A stretch of DNA of 64,000 nucleotides, from positions 6,448,001 to 6,512,000 of the forward strand of contig OZ024746.1 in the NCBI GenBank assembly GCA_964016885.1, in the 5' to 3' direction. Shown in pieces: positions 12,901 to 27,706 of this stretch. The notes below the pieces were generated by a model. The model was given only the letters and a program-made list of their open reading frames with translations, did not search any database and had not been told where the DNA came from. Every line of letters starts with the position of its first letter. The first letter of the stretch is position 1. The stretch comes from Eledone cirrhosa (Eukaryota). The translations under genes and the position numbers were made by a program.

Positions 12901-13503
12901 ACACCCTTATTTACATGCGCACATATGTATTTTTATATTCACATACAAACACCCAAACATACATACCTACCTACATATACATACATCCACGCTTACAAAT
13001 ACAAATAATAATAGGGGGGGGAGGGGATTATAGTAAATATAGGTTTCAAGAAACATAGAATATTAATCTGCATTTAGATCATAATATGTGTTTACATAGT
13101 AGTTTCAGTATTAGGAAATGTAAGAAAGAAGGCAAAATTATGCATTTTAATATAAGTAGACTATTAATTATAGGTTAACTAAATTAAAGATAGTTAATAT
13201 ATTGATTTCTAAGGTGTATACTACTTAGGTTTATAATATTTGAAGCGGAATTTTGAAGTTAAATAGTAGTAGAGTATTAATTATAGTATAACTAAATTAA
13301 AATTATTAACGTTATGGTATCAATATTAGGAAATGAATTTAGTAATAGGGAAAAAAAACAAATAAAGTATTACATCGGTAGTAGTATATGTTAATTAGGT
13401 TTATAATAATTAAAACAGATATTGTATTTTATCTATAGTAGAATATAATTATAGGTAAACAAAAATTAAAATTAATATATACACACATATATATTCATAT
13501 TTA

Positions 13504-13541
<38 letters not shown>

Positions 13542-13910
13542 CATATACACATACATACATACATATTTTTTCAAAAATTGCAAAGAATATATTAACTAGG
13601 TATACATCTAAAACCTATCTCAGTCTATGATTACATGACACTCTGCAATCCATCTGTATTAGGATTTTAATTTTAAGCCAATTAAATTAAATTTTTAGGT
13701 TAACCAAATTAAAACCAAATTATAAATATATTTCTAAATTGTACATTAATTAGGTCTATAATATTAAAAAATATTTCTCTGTCATTGAATACACGATATT
13801 TTGTTAAATTTTATCTGTAAAGAAATTTTTTTGTTTAATATAAGGAACTGTTTGCAGGTGTTATATCAGAGTTTTCCTTCTCCTAGAATTCTGCCTTGAC
13901 AGATATAGAT

Positions 13911-14022
<112 letters not shown>

Positions 14023-14447
14023 ATATATATATGCATGTATCTATATCTGTCAAGGCAGAATTCTAGGAGAAGGAAAACTCTGATATAACACCTGCAACCC
14101 TGATGGTATTCAATGATGTTAACTTGTTCTTCTTTTTGGTAAATATCATCTTGGTTAAGAGAGTGGGACTGGCTTTGTGCAGTGCCTTTGCTCACTATAA
14201 AAGCTTCACGGCACAGGCATTGCTTTATATCTGGAGATCTCTCTGCACTTGTCGTCACATGGTACCATGGGCCCAGCACTATGTGTCAATAATTGTCACA
14301 GGTGTAGTGTTTGTACCAGAGTTTTCAAGTCGCTGGCTGGACTAAAAAGTCACACTCGTTCAGCGCATCGGTAGGTTCTCCTACATGGATATAAAGTAGT
14401 GGCCGTACTCGAAAACGAGTTGGCAGCCACCATGTATGTATTTATAG

Positions 14448-14662
14448 GCGGCGTTAAAACTTCGGATAGAATGCATTATGGTGTTCGTTCCGACTCTCTG
14501 CTCTCGGAGTTCAAATCCCACAGAGGTCAACTTTGCCTTTCAACCTTTCGAGGTCGAGAAATAAGTACAAGTCTAGTACTGGGGTCGATTCTTCTCTCTC
14601 TCTCTCTGGAACGCCGGATGTCAGTACAGCGTCTCTACGACTCCCTAGGGAATTACGGGACC
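14448..14662 (+). mobile_element. Meta-type SINE with alternative 3' tail
   Basis: GGAGTTCAAATCC...CTTTGCCTTTCAACCTTTCGAGGTCGAG, then CGTCTCTACGACTCCCT, a tail also seen near 60760. Confidence 0.7.
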
Positions 14663-14925
14663 AAATATATATGTATGTATATATATGTATGTATGTGTGT
14701 ACGTATGTATATATGTGTGTATGTGTGTACGTATGTACGTATGTATGTATGTATATATGTATGTACGTGTGTATGTATGTATATTTATGTATGTAAGGAT
14801 AGATGGGTGTATGTATATATGTATGCGTGTATATATGTATGCATATATGTATGGATGTATGTATGCATGTATGTAAGTGTGTATGTATGTATGTTTATTT
14901 ATATATATATATGTATTTATATATG

Positions 14926-15058
<133 letters not shown>

Positions 15059-15296
15059 GTGTGTGTGTACGTTGGTGGTTTGGTATAGAACCAAGCACCA
15101 ATTCATAAATTATGGCTTTAAGAAACGACACGATTTTAAAGTTTTTTTAGATCTCTTACAAATCTATGTATGTACATATACATGTATATATATGTGTATA
15201 TATGAATGAATGTGTATATATATATGTATGTATGTATGTATGTATGGGTGACTGTATATATCTATGTATATTTCTATGGTTCCCTGTATGTATATG

Positions 15297-15334
<38 letters not shown>

Positions 15335-15716
15335 ACGAGGGGTTATATTTAATTTGTTGGGATTCAACAAGCTTTAAAATGTTTATAACTGATATAAAGC
15401 ACTCAAAAGTTTAGTGGAGTAAATATACAATATATTAATAAATGGAAACTATATTTATAAAACCATAATTATTTTATTATATATATTTCAAGGGCGACCA
15501 AGGTAATTATAGTGCGCTTTCATCAGATAAAATACAGATTTGTTTTATAAATAAATATTGACATACCCGGAAAAAAGACAGCCTCAACGGTTGAAATTAT
15601 AAAACAAATCTGTATTTTATCTGATGAAAGAGCACCATAATTTACCGTGGTCGCCCTTGAAATATATATAATAAAATAATTATGGTTTTATAAACATAGT
15701 TTCCATTTATTAATAT

Positions 15717-15725
<9 letters not shown>
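15335..15725. mobile_element. (TA)n-inserted element with inverted duplication carrying two opposed hammerheads (15470-15534 minus, 15613-15678 plus)
   Basis: Plus strand TATTTTAT-CTGATGA-AAG...CTT-GAAA-TATATA-TA-ATAAAATA. Inverted arms ~15425-15550 and 15596-15725; homolog at 27670-27975. Confidence 0.75.
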
Positions 15726-15752
<27 letters not shown>

Positions 15753-16134
15753 TATATATATGTAATACATGCATACACACATACATATATTTATATATAT
15801 ATATATATATATATATTCATATAAATATATACACACAGACACACACAGAGACACAGACCCACACGCACATACATATATATATATATACATAGCCACCGAC
15901 GAATGCGAGAAAGTTCTCCAGGAATCTTTAAAAAATCTCGCCACTGAAGTTAACAAAGTATCTACTAGATCTACAAAACCAAATTGTAAAATTATAATTT
16001 TATAGTGAAGTCATTCTTTTCCTTTTTTGTCAAATATACTTAACTGTACCAAGGATTTCATACATTTTCCAATATATATATATATTTACGTATATATATA
16101 TATATATATATATGATATATATATATATATATAT

Positions 16135-16387
<253 letters not shown>

Positions 16388-16494
16388 CCAACGCATGTTA
16401 GGTATCTGTCTATGTTACAGTTGTAGCTAACTAAACCTATCTCGTCCTATGGACTGATTGCTTTTGGATATTCATAACAAATTTGGACAACAGT

Positions 16495-16578
<84 letters not shown>

Positions 16579-16805
16579 TTATATTCTATGTTTCATTTTA
16601 CTTTGAAATTTCGAAATATGAAATGTATTACAATCCAGTATGAAAATGTTGATTTATCCCAATGAAACAATCTCTCAGAACTTTAGAGAAATATTAATTT
16701 AATTCAATTCTCTCTAGTATATGACCTTCAATAAGATTTAAATCTCCTATCGTTTTATATTTCGAGGTCAACAATACCAGATTCGACAGTTTATAAGTTG
16801 GATGG

Positions 16806-17157
16806 TCTATAGGCTGACCAAGATACTCTCATGCAATGACCAAATGAGGTTCATTTTTCACTATAGTCCCTGGAAAGAAACAATGCAGTTATTTATAAGA
16901 AGATTTGAAATTAATACATGCAGGGTTTCACAGTTCTAGCATCACTCCTTTATAGACTGACCAAGATGATTTCATGGAATAGCCAAATGAGGTTGTTTTC
17001 AACTCTTCGTCTGACCCTCGTATGTTAAGTACATAAGGAGTTTATGAAAAACTGCTGTAGATAATAGATTTTATTTTGATGTGAGAAAAAATCCTTTAAA
17101 TAGAATTTGTTTATGAAAACTCGTCTAGGACATATGAACCTTTCAGCTGACCCTCGT
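16806..17157. mobile_element. Fragments of Tc1/mariner-type MITE
   Basis: TATAGGCTGACCAAGATACTCTC and CAGCTGACCCTCGTA ends are homologous to 33321-33550. Confidence 0.6.
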
Positions 17158-17344
17158 ATAGAACCTTTACCATCATCGGCATTACCGTTTTTGCTATTTC
17201 ACTGCCGGGATAAAACTGTATTGTTGGACGATTTTATTTAAGCCTTCCTCCATATTATGAGTCCAAATTCTCCTGAGCTCTATCTTACCTACCATCGCAA
17301 CAAGGTTAATAATATAATTGGTGGTTATATACATTGATGAATGT

Positions 17345-17672
17345 GAATGTACGTGGCTTTGTGGTTAGGGTATCCGCCTCACAATCCTAAGGTCATGAGT
17401 TCGATTCCCAGCGGCGCGTTGTGTCCTTGAGCAAGACACTTTATTTCACGTTGCTCCAGTTCACTCAGCTCGCAAAAATAAATGGTACCTGCAATTCAAA
17501 GGGTCAGCCTTGTTACATTCTGTGTCACGCTGGATCTCCCTGAGATTTACTTTGAAAGTACGCGCGTGTGCTTGTGTGGAATGCTCAGCCACGTGCATGT
17601 TAATTTCCCGATTAGGCTGTTCTGTTGATCGGATCAACTGGAACATTCGTCGTCGTAACTGACGGAGTGCCA
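17345..17672 (+). mobile_element. tRNA-derived CORE-type SINE
   Basis: GTGGCTTTGTGGTTAGGG...GAGTTCGATTCC...GTGTCCTTGAGCAAGACACTT. Confidence 0.8.
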
Positions 17673-18808
17673 CTACCTATTGATGAAGATTGGTTTCAAA
17701 TATAGACCCCCACTCTCGCCCTAAAATGTTTGTTCTAAATTAATGTTAGTATGTTGATAATTCTTGAAAGGAAACATTAATCTTTTCTGTGATGAAGTCA
17801 TTTAAAAGGTTTGATTGTTCAAGCTATCAGTTTGTTACTGTTCTGTGTCAGATGTTCACACATTATACACAAATATAATAAGTATTGTGTACTGCAAGGA
17901 GATGGGGGAGTGCTTGCATGTGTCTCGGACCCCACGCTTGTCTTTTAATTTTCGCAAATGAAAGTTGATTGCCAAATATCTACTTGATAATTGGTGCAAT
18001 TTATGCCAAAGGGAATTTATTTTATTACATTCTTCTGCCATTATAAAGACAACCATCATCTCCCTTTCACTAGGCATCGACTCTGTAATTTATAGTTATG
18101 AAGAAAGGTGATTAAGATGTGTTAAATACGTGCTTTTAGAATAGGCATTGCTGACACAAGAGAAATGGTTTCAAAAATGGTGTCGAAACAAGATTTTGAT
18201 CCACTTGTCAGGTGTTTCTATTTTAATCAACAAAATGTACCTGAATATTTACGTAACTTGTATTTTCTTTCGAAGAAAAGGAGACAATCATTCACCAAAG
18301 AAATTTAGTTGATTATATCAACTTGCTAGTGCTACTTATTGTGTCAACCCTGAATGGAAAATTCCCGTAGGATTTATATTAAAGATACCAAATAAAACAC
18401 GATATATTATAAAGCATTTTGCTTCTCCTAACAGAATACTCCATAAATATTGAATTTTTATAATGTATGAGTTACAGCTAAAATGTAAATGTTCTCCAAT
18501 GACATTAAAATCGAATAGGAATTTCAAACTACAAAATAATTTTTATAAAACCGTCCACCATGATCCTGTGACAAAATACTATTTTAAACTTGAATTCTGT
18601 GTGGTTTAAAAGATACATACGAGTTTTGCATTTAACTATGTGGATATTTTATTGCAAACGAAGTTTGAAACTATTTAAAGATTAAAAACTAATTTTTACT
18701 GAGATGTTCATTTACTCCATCACGCAACATTATTATTATTATTTTTTTGAAATCGATTTTTATAGTTTCCATGCCAATAGATCCTGACATAACAAGGAAC
18801 ATTTGCAT

Positions 18809-18845
<37 letters not shown>

Positions 18846-18872
18846 GTGTGTGTGTGTGTGTGTGTGATAGTG

Positions 18873-18911
<39 letters not shown>

Positions 18912-19398
18912 TTATAAATATGTGTACGTACTTATATAGATATGTTTCTATATATGTGTGTGTGTGTGCATGCGCGCGTGCGCGTGTGTTGTTTGTGTGC
19001 ATTTATGTATATATATATATGTGTGTGTGTTTTTTTTTCCTATTCTTATACCTTGGGAAGGTAATGTTGTCAATATAAAGACAGCCACCAGTTGAGATTC
19101 ACTTCAAACTCATAATAAGTCAGGCCATTAATCCATTCTAATTGTCATATTTAAACAATCATCCTGTAAATAAACTAAGCAAATAATGAATTAGTCACCT
19201 AACAAAAAATAATAGCGAAGTGAAGAACATCTCCTGAGAGTATTTCTATTAACAAAATGACGTCCCCAAATCGTGATACTATCTGTTTCAACCCACGATT
19301 TTACATCCAGAATTTTGCAAAACAAATACAAAACAATGTGTAAATATATATATGTGTGTGTGAGATGTGAGATGTGTGCGTGTGTGTGTGCATAAGTA

Positions 19399-19527
<129 letters not shown>

Positions 19528-21417
19528 TGCGTTATAATCGAAAATATGCAGCCGTGGAAGTGTCATGATAACTATTTTAAACGCATACCTCAGTATTTTT
19601 TATATTTTATCATCGTATTATGTAATGTCAGATACTTTCCTTTTTCATCTACGATATTGACGCTATTCCGTAGCATCTCTTCAATTATGTCAGTCTTTGT
19701 CGTATGACATACACAATGGTTAGAGAGAGACAGGATCAGATTGATGGGCTAGACTAAGGCGTCAGTTGTAGTATTATGGATTACCTCGAGGCTGCCGGGT
19801 AAAAAACGACTGAGGGGGCAATCCCGAACAGCATGCAGCACCGTCAGCGTCCTCATAGTCACATGTTGGGCTGACTTTCTATCGATGGCGATGATGGAAT
19901 TATGTCATTGATTATGTTGTAGATATACAAAGAAATATTTTAACATTCTATAGGATACGAAATTGAATTTAAAGGCACGCATGTGTTTTAAATGGCTATC
20001 ATATATCTTCCTCGGTGTAAATTTGAAATGCGTATTTAAAATAATTAAACAGAATTTTATAAAACACTATTTCTCATATTTCTTCCACAAAAAATAACAT
20101 AATGAAATAAAGTTTCTGAAAGGGAATGTCGTTTAAATCAATTTCTTACTGTAATTAATACAATTTCAATTTCCTTAAGCTGTTCTTGCACAATAAATCC
20201 TCATTTTATTCATGTATGTTTCCTTAAACAAAATGATGTGTTATAAATATGTTTGCTTCCAACTTTGCTATGAATTTTATTGAAAATAATAATTATTTTG
20301 CAAATGTCTCATAAAAAAAAACATTAAAAATAATGCGAAATATTTAATCTCAAACTAAATCTTGAAATCTTCGAATTTCATTATTCTTCCTCGTATGCCT
20401 CAGAAGACTTCAAATAGAAAAAAGTTGGAAAAATATAATAACCAAATTTATATTTAAATCTCTTTATATTTAAATCCATAATTTTTTGCATTTTACTTAT
20501 AATTCCTGAATGTATTTTGTTCAATCGTAGATGAAATTAAACACGTCCTCTGTGAGGTTCTGTGGCATAAATATATTTACATCTTCTTATACCTTTTTTT
20601 CATATGTTTACGCTATTTTATCGGATGAATGATATATTGTTTTTCCATTGACTAACAAATCATTTTTCTTGTGCTAATAAATTCTTATGAAAATCTCTCA
20701 TGAATATAATTCTGACTTTCATTCAAAGCCAATCTGTACTTTTGCAGTTGCAAACGATTCAATAATGTATATATTAATATACGTGATCAAACCTTCGAGA
20801 AGAAAAAAATATTTTGATAAAAGAAAAGAAAGACTAAAAATGCAAATAGCATCTTTCTTGTTATCACTCCAATATGTAAGATCTTTTTCCATGTTTCATT
20901 AAAGCTTTCATCAATAAAATTTTATTTCAAATTTTTTTGTTTATTTGCCTTGATAATTTGTATTAATTTATATCTCGAGAAAAGAAAACCGTACTAAAAC
21001 ACTGTGTAAACTACGAAAGAACATCTGCAACACACAAACACGTGTATATTATATTATTTATTTATGTTCATAAACGGAACAAAAGCGCTACTCATTGTTT
21101 CATGGCCCAATATTGAACACACCTCCACAATACAAGAGGGATCAAAATTGTGGCCTATCTTCAGGCGCTGATACGAGTTTATCAGATACTTTTAACGGTA
21201 TCTTATATGATCATGTGAGGTCCTGAAGGTGTGGTCAATATTGGGCCATGAAACCATGGGTAGCATACATAAATAATATATTTCTGTTCACATCCCGATT
21301 GAGCACTGCTTTCCCTTTCCTTTCTCACACCTACGGATATTGCTACACACACACATACACACACACACACACATGCATACATATATATATATGTGTACAC
21401 ACACACATATGTATATA

Positions 21418-21606
21418 ACTGTTTCTACGTTAGGCACAAAGCCAGCAATTACCCAGTACATTACTGGTACTTTATTTTATCGACCCCGTAAGGATGGAAG
21501 GCAAATTTAACCTCGGCGGGATTTGAACTCAGATTGTAAAGGGACGTAACTCTATGCTTCAAAGCATGGTGTCCGACTCTCTACCGATACTGCCAATCCA
21601 CCGCCC
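21418..21606 (-). mobile_element. Meta-type SINE
   Basis: Same motifs as 1345-1527. Confidence 0.8.
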
Positions 21607-21677
21607 TATATATATATATATAACGGCGATGAATTAGTTTTGCGAGGTTTTTGATATGAAATCGTGTGTCGAAACAA

Positions 21678-22024
21678 ATATTGTTATACTTGGAGAGGGT
21701 CATATTTGTGTAATATTGCCAGAATTAATAACAGAACACACTCACTGTTTGGTTAGTTTTCGCTTCTGTGTCTTTTATATCGGTTAATTTAATTTATTCG
21801 GTCCTCAATGTTGCCATTGACTGACCAACGGTCAAAAATACAGATACAATATAGACACAAACACATATATATATATATAGTCTATCAACATTGAGGACCG
21901 AATAAATTAAATTAACCGTTATAAAAGACACAGATGCGAAAAGCGAAAACCAACCAAACAGTGAGTGTGTTCTGTTATTAATTCTGGCAATATTACACAA
22001 ATATGACCCTCCCCAAGTATAACA

Positions 22025-22028
<4 letters not shown>
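21678..22028. mobile_element. Family B (TA)n-inserted element with inverted duplication (relatives at 28349-28520, 35190-35480, 62671-62876)
   Basis: TTGTTATACTTGG.GAGGGTCATATTTG...; arms 21678-21813 and 21886-22028. Confidence 0.7.
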
Positions 22029-22070
<42 letters not shown>

Positions 22071-22252
22071 TGACGAGAAAGAGAAAAGAGTACTCAATAC
22101 TGAAGTAGAGTTTTAGTAGTCATTTAAGGCAAAAAAAGGAGTCTTTTTACTCTGGAGTTTTGCATGTTTTCCACAGGATCATCAGACAAGCGAATCTCCA
22201 GAGTAACAAGGCTCACGTTTTACCCTTAATATAAATGAATATATATATATAT

Positions 22253-22530
22253 GGAAAACGAAGAATGAGTGATGCATCGGAACAATTTATTACGTATTGC
22301 AATTGTTTCTGTGGTGAACAGCTCGAGGTGCGATCTGTTTGTGGATCGAACCTGACTCTTTCTGTAGAAAGAGGATTTGCCTCGAGGTCACTAGACGTAT
22401 CTGAGGAACTTGCGAATCCAGAGTCAAGTTCGATCCACAAACAGATCGCACCTCGAGCTGTTCGCCAGAGGAACAATTGTAATACGTAATAAATTGTGTT
22501 TCGATGCATCACTGATTCTTCGTTTTCAAT
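22253..22530. repeat. Long imperfect inverted repeat (~105-bp arms)
   Basis: GAAAACGAAGAAT.AGTGATGCATCG...GGATCGAACCTGACTCT pairs with AGAGTCAAGTTCGATCC...GATGCATCACTGATTCTTCGTTTTC. Confidence 0.85.
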
Positions 22531-23009
22531 ATTATTATACTCTGCGCCGAAGGAGCATAGAGGGATCAACTGGTATACCGCCTATGGACGCATCCAAGCA
22601 AGCTTAGTACAAATGTATATATATATATACAAAGAACAAAGTCACCAAGTTCAACAGATAATACATTATTTATTTGATCTATGATCTTCGTGTGTCATTC
22701 CCTTTCAACATTATTCACAATAACCTTATAAAGAAATCAGGATCAATTATACATATAACATATTAAAATGTGAATGAAACACCTATAGGTCAAATACTGT
22801 ATTAACTTTTGAACTTGGTCCCTTATTTCTTCGTTAATATGATCTGTGATGTAAATGTAAGATGACCGGAAGTATATCCACTGGATTTACCTCTGAAATA
22901 TCTCTCATTATTCAGGATATAAAATAAACCATATTTGAGCTTTGAATAAATACATCATGAGCGCTTTACTGTTGTATATTTGACTTATTTATTTTAGTTT
23001 ATTTTAGTT

Positions 23010-23240
<231 letters not shown>

Positions 23241-23751
23241 AAATAAAATAAAATAAATGACAGCCATCTTTGGCTGTGACCTCTTCAGGCAGTCCAAATT
23301 AGTGTGGTAGAGACGAGTACACATGTTGAGGTGTTTAACTTTGTCAATACTCTGATATGCCCAGTTCCTAGTTGGGCTGTTATTTCACTGAGGAACTGGA
23401 ATCATATGAATATAAACAAACGTATTTCAGCGTCAAAGGACATCCTCTCCTGCCATTGGTCAGTTGTGAGAACATTCCCCAGTCAAAAGTCTATGGAAAT
23501 TCGTTCTGAGGCGAGGCAATCTGTAGTGGTTGTTTTTCTTATTGTTAAGTACATCTGACCTCTACCCTTATGTTGGTAGTGGTGTTGGTGCTAGAGTCAG
23601 CTTAATTCGAGCTGCTGCTGATTTTAGAAGGATCTGTGTGTGTGTGTTGGCATCTATCCTGCCACCATTCCTCGTGGCGGTGGGGGCGTACCAAGCATAT
23701 GAAGAAATAAAAGGCAATAAAGTGAAGAAAATCGAAAATGGAAATAAGATA

Positions 23752-23928
23752 ATTGTTTCTACTTTAGGCACAAGGCCAGCAATTACCCAGTGCATTACTG
23801 GTACTTTATTTTATCGACCCCGTAAGGATGAAAGGCAAAGTCAACCTCGGCGGGATTTGAACTCAGATCGTAAAGGGACGTAACTATGCTGGAAAGCATG
23901 GCGTCCGACCCTCCACCGATACTGCCAA
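23752..23928 (-). mobile_element. Meta-type SINE
   Basis: Near-identical to 56222-56402. Confidence 0.8.
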
Positions 23929-24250
23929 ATATAAGCAAATAATTAAACAAAAAATGATAAAATGGTAGAAAGAATAAGATGATAAAAGAATAAAATAAGA
24001 TAATCAAATAAAATGTGTGTGTGTGTGTTATAACCAATCTCAAAGTTAGAAAGATTTGTAAGATCCACTCCTCCCATTGGTCAGTTGTGAGAGCATTCCT
24101 CAGTCAAAAGTCTATAGAAATTCTTTCTGAGGTGAGGCGATCTGTACTGTTTGTAGCAAAAACAAACACTACAAACCAACCTGCGCACTTCGTCGAGTGC
24201 TCCAGTCTGCATACTGATGTGTTGGTATACAACCAACATATACTCAAAAA

Positions 24251-24362
<112 letters not shown>

Positions 24363-24447
24363 AAAAGGTAAACAGAAATAACAACACAATTGGTACAGTA
24401 TATGGAAGGGATATATTATATTAACGCTTGATATAGCAGGAAGAGGG

Positions 24448-24483
24448 TCTTAACATTTCGGACGCTAGTCCTTCATCAGAAGA
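24448..24483 (-). ncRNA. Penelope-type minimal hammerhead variant
   Basis: Minus strand TCTT-CTGATGA-A-GGAC(TAGC)GTCC-GAAA-TG-TT-AAGA; degenerate relative at 8791-8822 (CCGACGAAGGACTAGCATCCGAAA). Confidence 0.65.
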
Positions 24484-24769
24484 AAGAATGAGAAATAAGA
24501 TAGATTGAGGGGACGGGCGGGATGGAATACTGGTGAGAAGAAGAAGATGGTGTAAGAAGATTGTAGTAGAGGAAGCTTGGAATATTTAAATGCAAGAAGC
24601 AAAGAAAATTTCAATGATACGAAAGATTTCCTGTTTCAAGTTCAGGCGTACACCGGGTTGGTATCCAGTTTCGGGTTGAAAATCCAATTAGAAAATCCAT
24701 ATATATATATATATATAAAATTGGTGTTGGATACTTAAAGCGTCCGTATGCGGTAGGCCGTATGAGCAC

Positions 24770-24849
<80 letters not shown>

Positions 24850-26535
24850 CAAGATGTATGGTAGGTCGTACGTAAATAGCGATGATCACGCCTGACCTAC
24901 CAAATATGCCACGGTAGCTAGTTAAGCTCTATGCGTATAAGCAGAGCAGAAATATTAAGGAAAAAGAACAAAGGAACTTTTATGACATTACAACAAGTTT
25001 ATTGCCGACAGCCGTTTTGTCCGACCATATGGTGGGACTTTTCAAGGCATATAACAGGTAATTGTAAGTTTATTATTTTCATCAACGTTTCACTCAAGAT
25101 TAGCAGTTTGAAATCGTGGTATACTTTAACAGCTCAGCTTGTTTATCTGGGGTCTATATTCTAAGGGGGCTCTTTTATAATAGTTGTAGGAGTTGTAAAA
25201 GGGATGGGTTAGAGGGAATTAAGAGAATTTGAAAAGGGCCTAAAAGTTAGGGATTGAAGGTTAAAAATTAAAGAATTTATAAGTTACGCATTAAAAGTAA
25301 AAGACTTGGAATCCCTTAAAATCCCCTTAAAAAACACCTCAATAAGCGCATAAAGCTTATAAGCCCTAATAAACCTAAAAAACCAGAAGAGATTACGAGA
25401 ATAAAAAAATAAAAAGTTTCCTAAAGAATTCCTTCAAAAATATTTCTAGAAAATTCCCTTAAAAAAATTAAAGAGAATTTACGAAGATTTAATAATCCCT
25501 ACGAAAGTTCTAAACTTAAAAATTAAAAATTAGGGAAAAAAAATACTTTCAAAAAGATTTAAGAGGTTAATAAGGTTAATGATTTAGGGAATCCATAATA
25601 TAAAGATTAAGATTTAAGTTAGGATTTGAAGTTTAAGAGTTCCAAACTCAGAAATTTAAAAATTTAATGAATTTAAGATTAAGAAATCTTATATATCCAA
25701 GATTAAAAATTAAAGATTAAGAGGTTGAACATTAAATTAAAAAATTGAGAAATAAATAGTTGAAAGAAATTAATCAATTAAAGGTTAATTCAGAAAGCCT
25801 TCAAAAAATCCTTCAGAAAAGGCCTTTTTAATATTTTTAATAAAAACCTCTTCCGAAAGACCCTTCAGAGAATTAAAAATTTAGAGAACCTTTAAAAATA
25901 TATATAAATGAATTGAGGAAAATTACAAATTAAAAATTACGGAATTTGGGAGATCCGAGGAATTTCCAAAGGGTTGCTTCAACAGATACAACAACTTAGG
26001 TATAATAAATAAAGTAATTTAAGTAATCTAATTAAGGAGAAATTCAAAGAGTTTATCAAGTTGGGCTCGAAGATTAAAGAAAATGATAAGTAAGAAAATA
26101 TATAAGTAAAAAGACAATAATTATAACTCTCTGCTACTCACCCTCTCTCTCACTTCCTCGATCATCCCACACCGTACGAAATTCTTTCCTCGCTCACTTT
26201 CACACGGTTAAGATGTGTCTTTTGCTGTCTCGTCAATATTCGCAAGTTCTTATGTTCAAATGAATCATTGACTTGATTTTCTCATTTATTCCTCTCTTTT
26301 CGTTGCCTCACCATTCCTGTTTGTTTACCTGTCTCTCTCTTTCTCCACCCAATTCTTTTTATCACAATAACTTATTTTAGTTATTGTATCGCGCTAGCCT
26401 GAGATATCTGGTCTTTAATGCGAAGAATACCTTTGATGGCTAGTAGACCACTGATGATGGATAGTCCTGGCTTCTAATTCTTCATTTTATTTATATATAA
26501 CATTTGCAACAACACAGCGCGCCATTTTTCACTCC

Positions 26536-26650
<115 letters not shown>

Positions 26651-26889
26651 AATATGCTCTGACTGTAAACCATTTTTTCAGTAAAATGGATTCCATAATT
26701 GCTGAATATATAGCTACCAAGTATATTCTCATTCAATTCAAATATATATTTTTCAAAATAATCAATAGAACATATAATAGAGGAACTAAGCCGGATAATT
26801 TCTTTAACGTATGAAAGCCATATAAATAATGAATGAAATTCTCATATTTACCTTAATGATTCGTGAGGTTTTTAACATGAACTACATAC

Positions 26890-27077
26890 AGCGGTGGATT
26901 GGTAGTATCGGTAGAGGGTCAGACGCCATGCTTTGCAGCAAAGAGTTACGGCCCTTTATGGTCTGAGTTCAAATCCCGCCGAGGTTAACTTTGCCTTTAA
27001 TCCTTACGAGGTCGATAAAATGAAGTACCAGTAATACAGTGGGATAATTGCTGGCCTTGTGCCAAAAGTAGAAACAA
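26890..27077 (+). mobile_element. Meta-type SINE
   Basis: GCGGTGGATTGGTAG...GAGTTCAAATCCCGCCGAGG...GTCGATAAAATGAAGTACCAG. Confidence 0.8.
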
Positions 27078-27106
27078 TTATATATATATATGTGTGTGTG
27101 TGTGTG

Positions 27107-27152
<46 letters not shown>

Positions 27153-27223
27153 TATATTTTGAGAATAAACTCTCAGTCATTTACAATAATTAAGCTCCAG
27201 GAAGGGTCTCTTCCGAGCAGTTA

Positions 27224-27620
27224 ATACATTTAAAGTGTACGATAAACACGAAATGTGTTTACATTGCAACAGACAAAGTTAGCTATTAATGAAATAAACT
27301 ACTAATAAAAGTGAATACAATTTGTCTGTCTCGATATAAGTCAATAAAGACAAGATTATATTGGCAACAGCCATGATTCCTGGACATATTTAAATTTCAA
27401 AATTCAAACCTGTTCTGTAGACGAATTTGAACCTCGAAACCCAAATAAGTTTCGCAACGGTGGAATGTGAATTGAAAAATAAAGAGAATCGAATTGTCTT
27501 TATTGACTTATATCGAGACAGACAAATTGTATTCACTTTTATTAGTTTATTTCATTAATAGCTAACTTTGTCTGTTGCAATGTAAACACATTTCGTGTTT
27601 ATCGTACACTTTAAATGTAT
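27224..27620. repeat. Near-perfect inverted repeat (~128-bp arms, ~140-bp spacer) ending in (TA)n
   Basis: 27224-27353 is the reverse complement of 27494-27620 apart from a 3-nt indel. Confidence 0.9.
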
Positions 27621-27621
27621 A

Positions 27622-27675
<54 letters not shown>

Positions 27676-27706
27676 TAAATGGAAACTATATTTATAAAAC
27701 CATATT

